Assembly (NCBI RefSeq): GCF_000143415.4 | Contig: NW_003314278.1 | Location: 822,371-886,370, forward strand | Source: Selaginella moellendorffii | Lineage: Eukaryota > Plantae > Lycopodiophyta | Direction: 5' to 3' | Length of the DNA stretch: 64,000 nucleotides | Notes under the pieces: model-generated | The model's database searches: none | Seen by the model: only the letters and a program-made list of their open reading frames with translations | What the model was told of the DNA's origin: nothing | Position numbers and translations under genes: made by a program | Part shown: positions 60,526 through 64,000 of the stretch, in pieces | Numbering within the stretch: position 1 is the first letter of the stretch | Layout: each line of letters starts with the position of its first letter

Positions 60526-61699
60526 AGTTAAAAATTGACTCAGAATAATATTACTGTAAATCCAAAAGGTCAACACATGTGAGTGCTAATGGATATATGG
60601 GAAATGTGATAGGTTTCCAAGGGTATCAAATTCCCAAGTGCCCCAATTTCATGAAAGATGAAAAGTATAAGAGATGGAGTGGTAATGTAGTCAAATGATA
60701 GAGCAATGAGCAACCTCATTACAAATTATAGATCTAAGAGAAATTTAGTCACTTATAGTCATTGTCATTCCTAAAAAAAATCAAATACTCAGAAGATTGA
60801 GAAGACTTTGTGACACGAACCACAAGAATATTCCAAGAATATTTTATGGCTTGTGGGATTTAAGGTCATAACACCTTAAGGGTTGGGAGGTTGGCCTAGG
60901 GTTTTCTCCCTTGTACATTTCAATAGGATCATTGTAAGATGAGTGGGATATAGATCTTGATGAGAAGTATGGCATTACTGATGATGGCCATGATGATGAC
61001 GAAGAGACTCTTGATGATGTTGTGCTACAAGGATGCCAAATTTCTGAGGTTTAGAGCAATATTAAGGAGGTTAAGGATTCCATCAATCTCATTAAGGATT
61101 TCTTGCTTTTCATGGATCCTCAAGGGTTGAATCAGTATCATATCTGTGATTACAATTGGTATATCAAACATACCAAGGATTATAGTATTGTGGAATAGAA
61201 GTCATCACCAAATGTTTATGATAGGTAGGAGGTTGATTCTTGGTTTGAATTGTGGGAAAGTTATTGGTCTCACAACCTTATGAGGAGAAGGTGAAAATTG
61301 ATTTGTTGTGATGAAGCTTACAAGTCATGTTTTTTGTGGTGAAAGAACTATATCAAAGCTAATCCGAAGCTGACTTTATAAAGTGATTTGACACAAGTTT
61401 TCTACGCTTTATTTGTCAAGAGGTTTCCTTCAAATCTATAGAGGCATCCCTCAACAAAACTTGCATGCAAGTATTAATAATAAAGAAGTTAACAAACTCC
61501 TTAAGCTTATCCAAGAGATTGCTGGATAGCTTCATGAACAAAGAAAGAAAAAATCAGGTACATCAGAAAAGAACTAACTATCTCATGCATATATATCACT
61601 AACTTTAAAGCATTAATCAATAGAGTATCACTATTGTTTTTTTTTGACAATCTCTTTCATAATGTTACCAACTTTGATATGCAAATCATTATCCTCCCA

Positions 61700-62260
61700 A
61701 GTGATCTCTGATTTCTTGTCATAAAACCATTACTTCCTAAGAATAACATTTGTGTAACCAAGATTCATAACCTGGAATAGAGGATGGTCGAGAATCCCTT
61801 GAACCATCAAAGGAACACTCAAAGCTCATTCACCATAAATATGAGTGCTACATCTAATTGCCATAACCACCTCATAAATTACTAAACTCTTTTCCATATA
61901 CAAACCAAATCTCTTCACCACCTTGGAGCTCAAAAAGTTGTGTGTAGCACCTAGATCAAAAAGAATACTAATAGCACTACCCTGAATGTCCCCTTTGGCC
62001 TTCACAAGTTGATTGCACATAAAACCATTAAACCCTACAAATTTGATATGAACTTGAGATTTAGATTCTTATACTTTTGCCACATGGTGTGGAAAAGCCA
62101 CCATAACAGATATTTGAGCCATATCCACAATAGATTCCACAACATTCTCCTTAGCATTCTTTGATCCCTTCAAAAAAGGACAATCCTTACCATGATGTTT
62201 AACCCTATGACAATGAAAACAATTGCCCTCTACCTTATCCTTCTCTCACTAGTCCAAATG
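61700..62260 (-). mobile_element. Decayed retrotransposon gag zinc knuckle and aspartic protease
   Basis: CFHCHRVKHHGKDCP-like knuckle near 62180-62225; ISILFDLGATHNFLS protease motif in ORF 61826-62020. Confidence 0.7.
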
Positions 62261-62440
62261 ATTTCTTTCAACCTTATTGCCATCTCCACTCTTCGAGCCA
62301 CGATGGAACAATGACTATTTCTTCCTTGAATATGAAGCATTAGTAGGCTGGTCAGCATGTTGACTATGCCATAAACTATCTTATTAGCTAGAGTTGACTG
62401 ATAGTTTAGGCAAAAATATTTGAGTCTTAGTGATAGCATC

Positions 62441-64000
62441 TGTGAGACACAAATCCCTAAGCCCCAAAGTGGAGCCGAAAGGGTGCCACGAGGTAGTGGC
62501 TGAAGCAAAAGCCAAACGAGCGTAACACGTTTGGACTAAAAGGCTCCGATTTGAGAGGTTGAGAGCGGGAGTGGAACTCCCAACGGAGTGCTCAAGGAAC
62601 GAGCATGAAGCAAGCAATAAGCGAGGCTCCAAAAAGGGACCCAAAAGGACCAACACATGACACATGGAAGTGTCTGAGATGGAGTCCGAGATGGACCCGA
62701 GATGGAGTCCGAAGTGGAGTCCGAGATGGAGTCCGAGATAGACCCGAGTTGGAGTCCGAGGTGGAGTCCGAGATGGACCTAAAGTGGAGTCCAAGATGGA
62801 CCTAAAGTGGAGTCCAAGATGGACCCGAGATGGAGTCTGAAGTGGAGCCCGAGATGGAGTCCGAGATGGAGTCCGAAGTGGAGTCTGAGATGGAGTCCGA
62901 GATGAACCCGAGATGGAGTCTGAGATGGACCCAAGATGGAGTCCGAGATGGAGTCCGAAGTGGAGTCTGAGATGGAGTCCGAGATGGACCCGAGATGGAC
63001 CCGAGATGGAGTCCGAGATGGAGTCTGAGATGGAGTCCAAGATGGACCCGAGATGGAGTCCGAGATGGAACCGAGACCGAGACCAAGACCGAGGCCAAGA
63101 CCGAGACCGAGACCGAGTCCGAGTCCAAAACTGGGACCGAGACCAAGTCCGAGTCCGAATTCGAGCCCGAGTCTGAGTCCGAATACTAATACAGGCAGTT
63201 AGGTGAAAGCCCAAAGCAATCGTCCCCCAGGGGGGGGGGGGGCTGCGGGGGGTTCCAAAAGTATAGTAGGGAGAGTGTGGGGGTTGGAGCCTAGTGGAGC
63301 CAGTTTGGCCAGGAAAGGCCAGTTTGGCCCAGGAAGGCCATACCCAGTGTTGGGTGATGAACTGACCACTGGGAAGTCCAAGATTAGAGTGAATATGGAC
63401 CAACAAGCGGGGTAGCTTGGTGAAGTGTTCAAGAGCCGGCTCTAGTTCCCCCGGGAGATCGACTGGCCGATGCTCCCAGTCCAAGTGTGGGTGGCACTAC
63501 CTACTTGGATACCTGGTGTGGCTCAACAGAACCTCGCTCTAAACCCATGGCTAGAGCACCCAAAGGCGAAAGGCGGGGAGAGTACCCATGAGGCCCTCGT
63601 AGGGCCACGGTGTTCCGAAATGTTGTCCCGAAGGTCTAGACTGTGGAAAGGAAGAGGAGTAGTCCTCTGGTGTAGTGACCAAGGATGCAATCAAGTGGTG
63701 AGGAAGTCCCAGAGGATCGTGGGACTTAGTGGTGGGGCCTGTGGGCCTCGATCCAGTGGCAGTGTTGGTGAACACGGCCATGGGCAAAAAGGGACTTGGT
63801 GAAGACCGGAAAAGGGATGTTGGGGAAGGCTATTCCCCATGTCTGTGGGCATCCTAAGGATGCTAAGGAGTGGATCTAGAATGATCACTCATGGACAAAT
63901 GGCCCAGTCCTTGAGAGATGGGACTGTGATGCAGGTGGTGTTAGACCACCGGTGTGACCAAGGTAAAGGGGCATGGCCTTAGCGTAACGGGCTGATATGT
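62441..64000 (+). mobile_element. Younger LTR (starts TGTGAGAC) running off the window end
   Basis: Abrupt switch to CpG-rich sequence at TG; contains a 12-bp array and the conserved LTR box; homologous to the remnant at 53570-54732. Confidence 0.75.
62675..63182. repeat. 12-bp tandem array (consensus GAGATGGAGTCC) grading into 6-bp CCGAGA/CCGAGT units
   Basis: More than 30 imperfect 12-mers. Confidence 0.93.

Noticed and set aside
62384-63484. 366-aa repetitive ORF (also DSISD/WSPR ORFs at 41458-41706 and 62802-63189)
   Set aside because: Translation of the 12-bp LTR tandem array, open in several frames because the unit length is a multiple of three.

Overview
Eukaryotic land-plant nuclear DNA with very short (about 45-60 nt) introns and very small intergenic spacers. 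This architecture, plus a ciliary-type gene, points to a lycophyte such as Selaginella (inference, not a database result). The window has two sharply separated halves. (1) Positions 1-32.4 kb hold 21 mostly housekeeping genes: sulfite reductase 3' end, a conserved unknown protein, a DAO-family oxidoreductase, SYS1, RTE1-like, RRP4, 2-oxoglutarate dehydrogenase E1, a RING-v protein, DUF3755, TFIIH p8/TFB5, NOL9/Grc3, a coiled-coil protein, a divergent TANGLED1-like protein, a PGY-repeat ciliary microtubule-inner-protein-like gene, a divergent cyclin D, amidophosphoribosyltransferase, RDM4/Iwr1, a P-class PPR, CCT, an LRR-II (NIK/CIK-like) receptor kinase and a papain protease. Spacing between neighbouring coding sequences is only 6-244 bp. 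It includes an 18-bp tandem spacer, 41-42 bp head-to-head ATG pairs and a 6-bp tail-to-tail pair, and a telobox-like TAGGGC motif recurs next to many start codons. (2) Positions 32.7-64 kb are a transposon graveyard: three unrelated host-gene fragments next to a decayed Helitron, a truncated Ty3/Gypsy, a full-length but mutated chromovirus nested in an older LTR, a 985-nt assembly gap, and several degenerate LTR/gag remnants that share a conserved G-rich box and 12-bp tandem arrays. All exon structures were worked out by eye; family assignments rest on recalled motifs, not searches.
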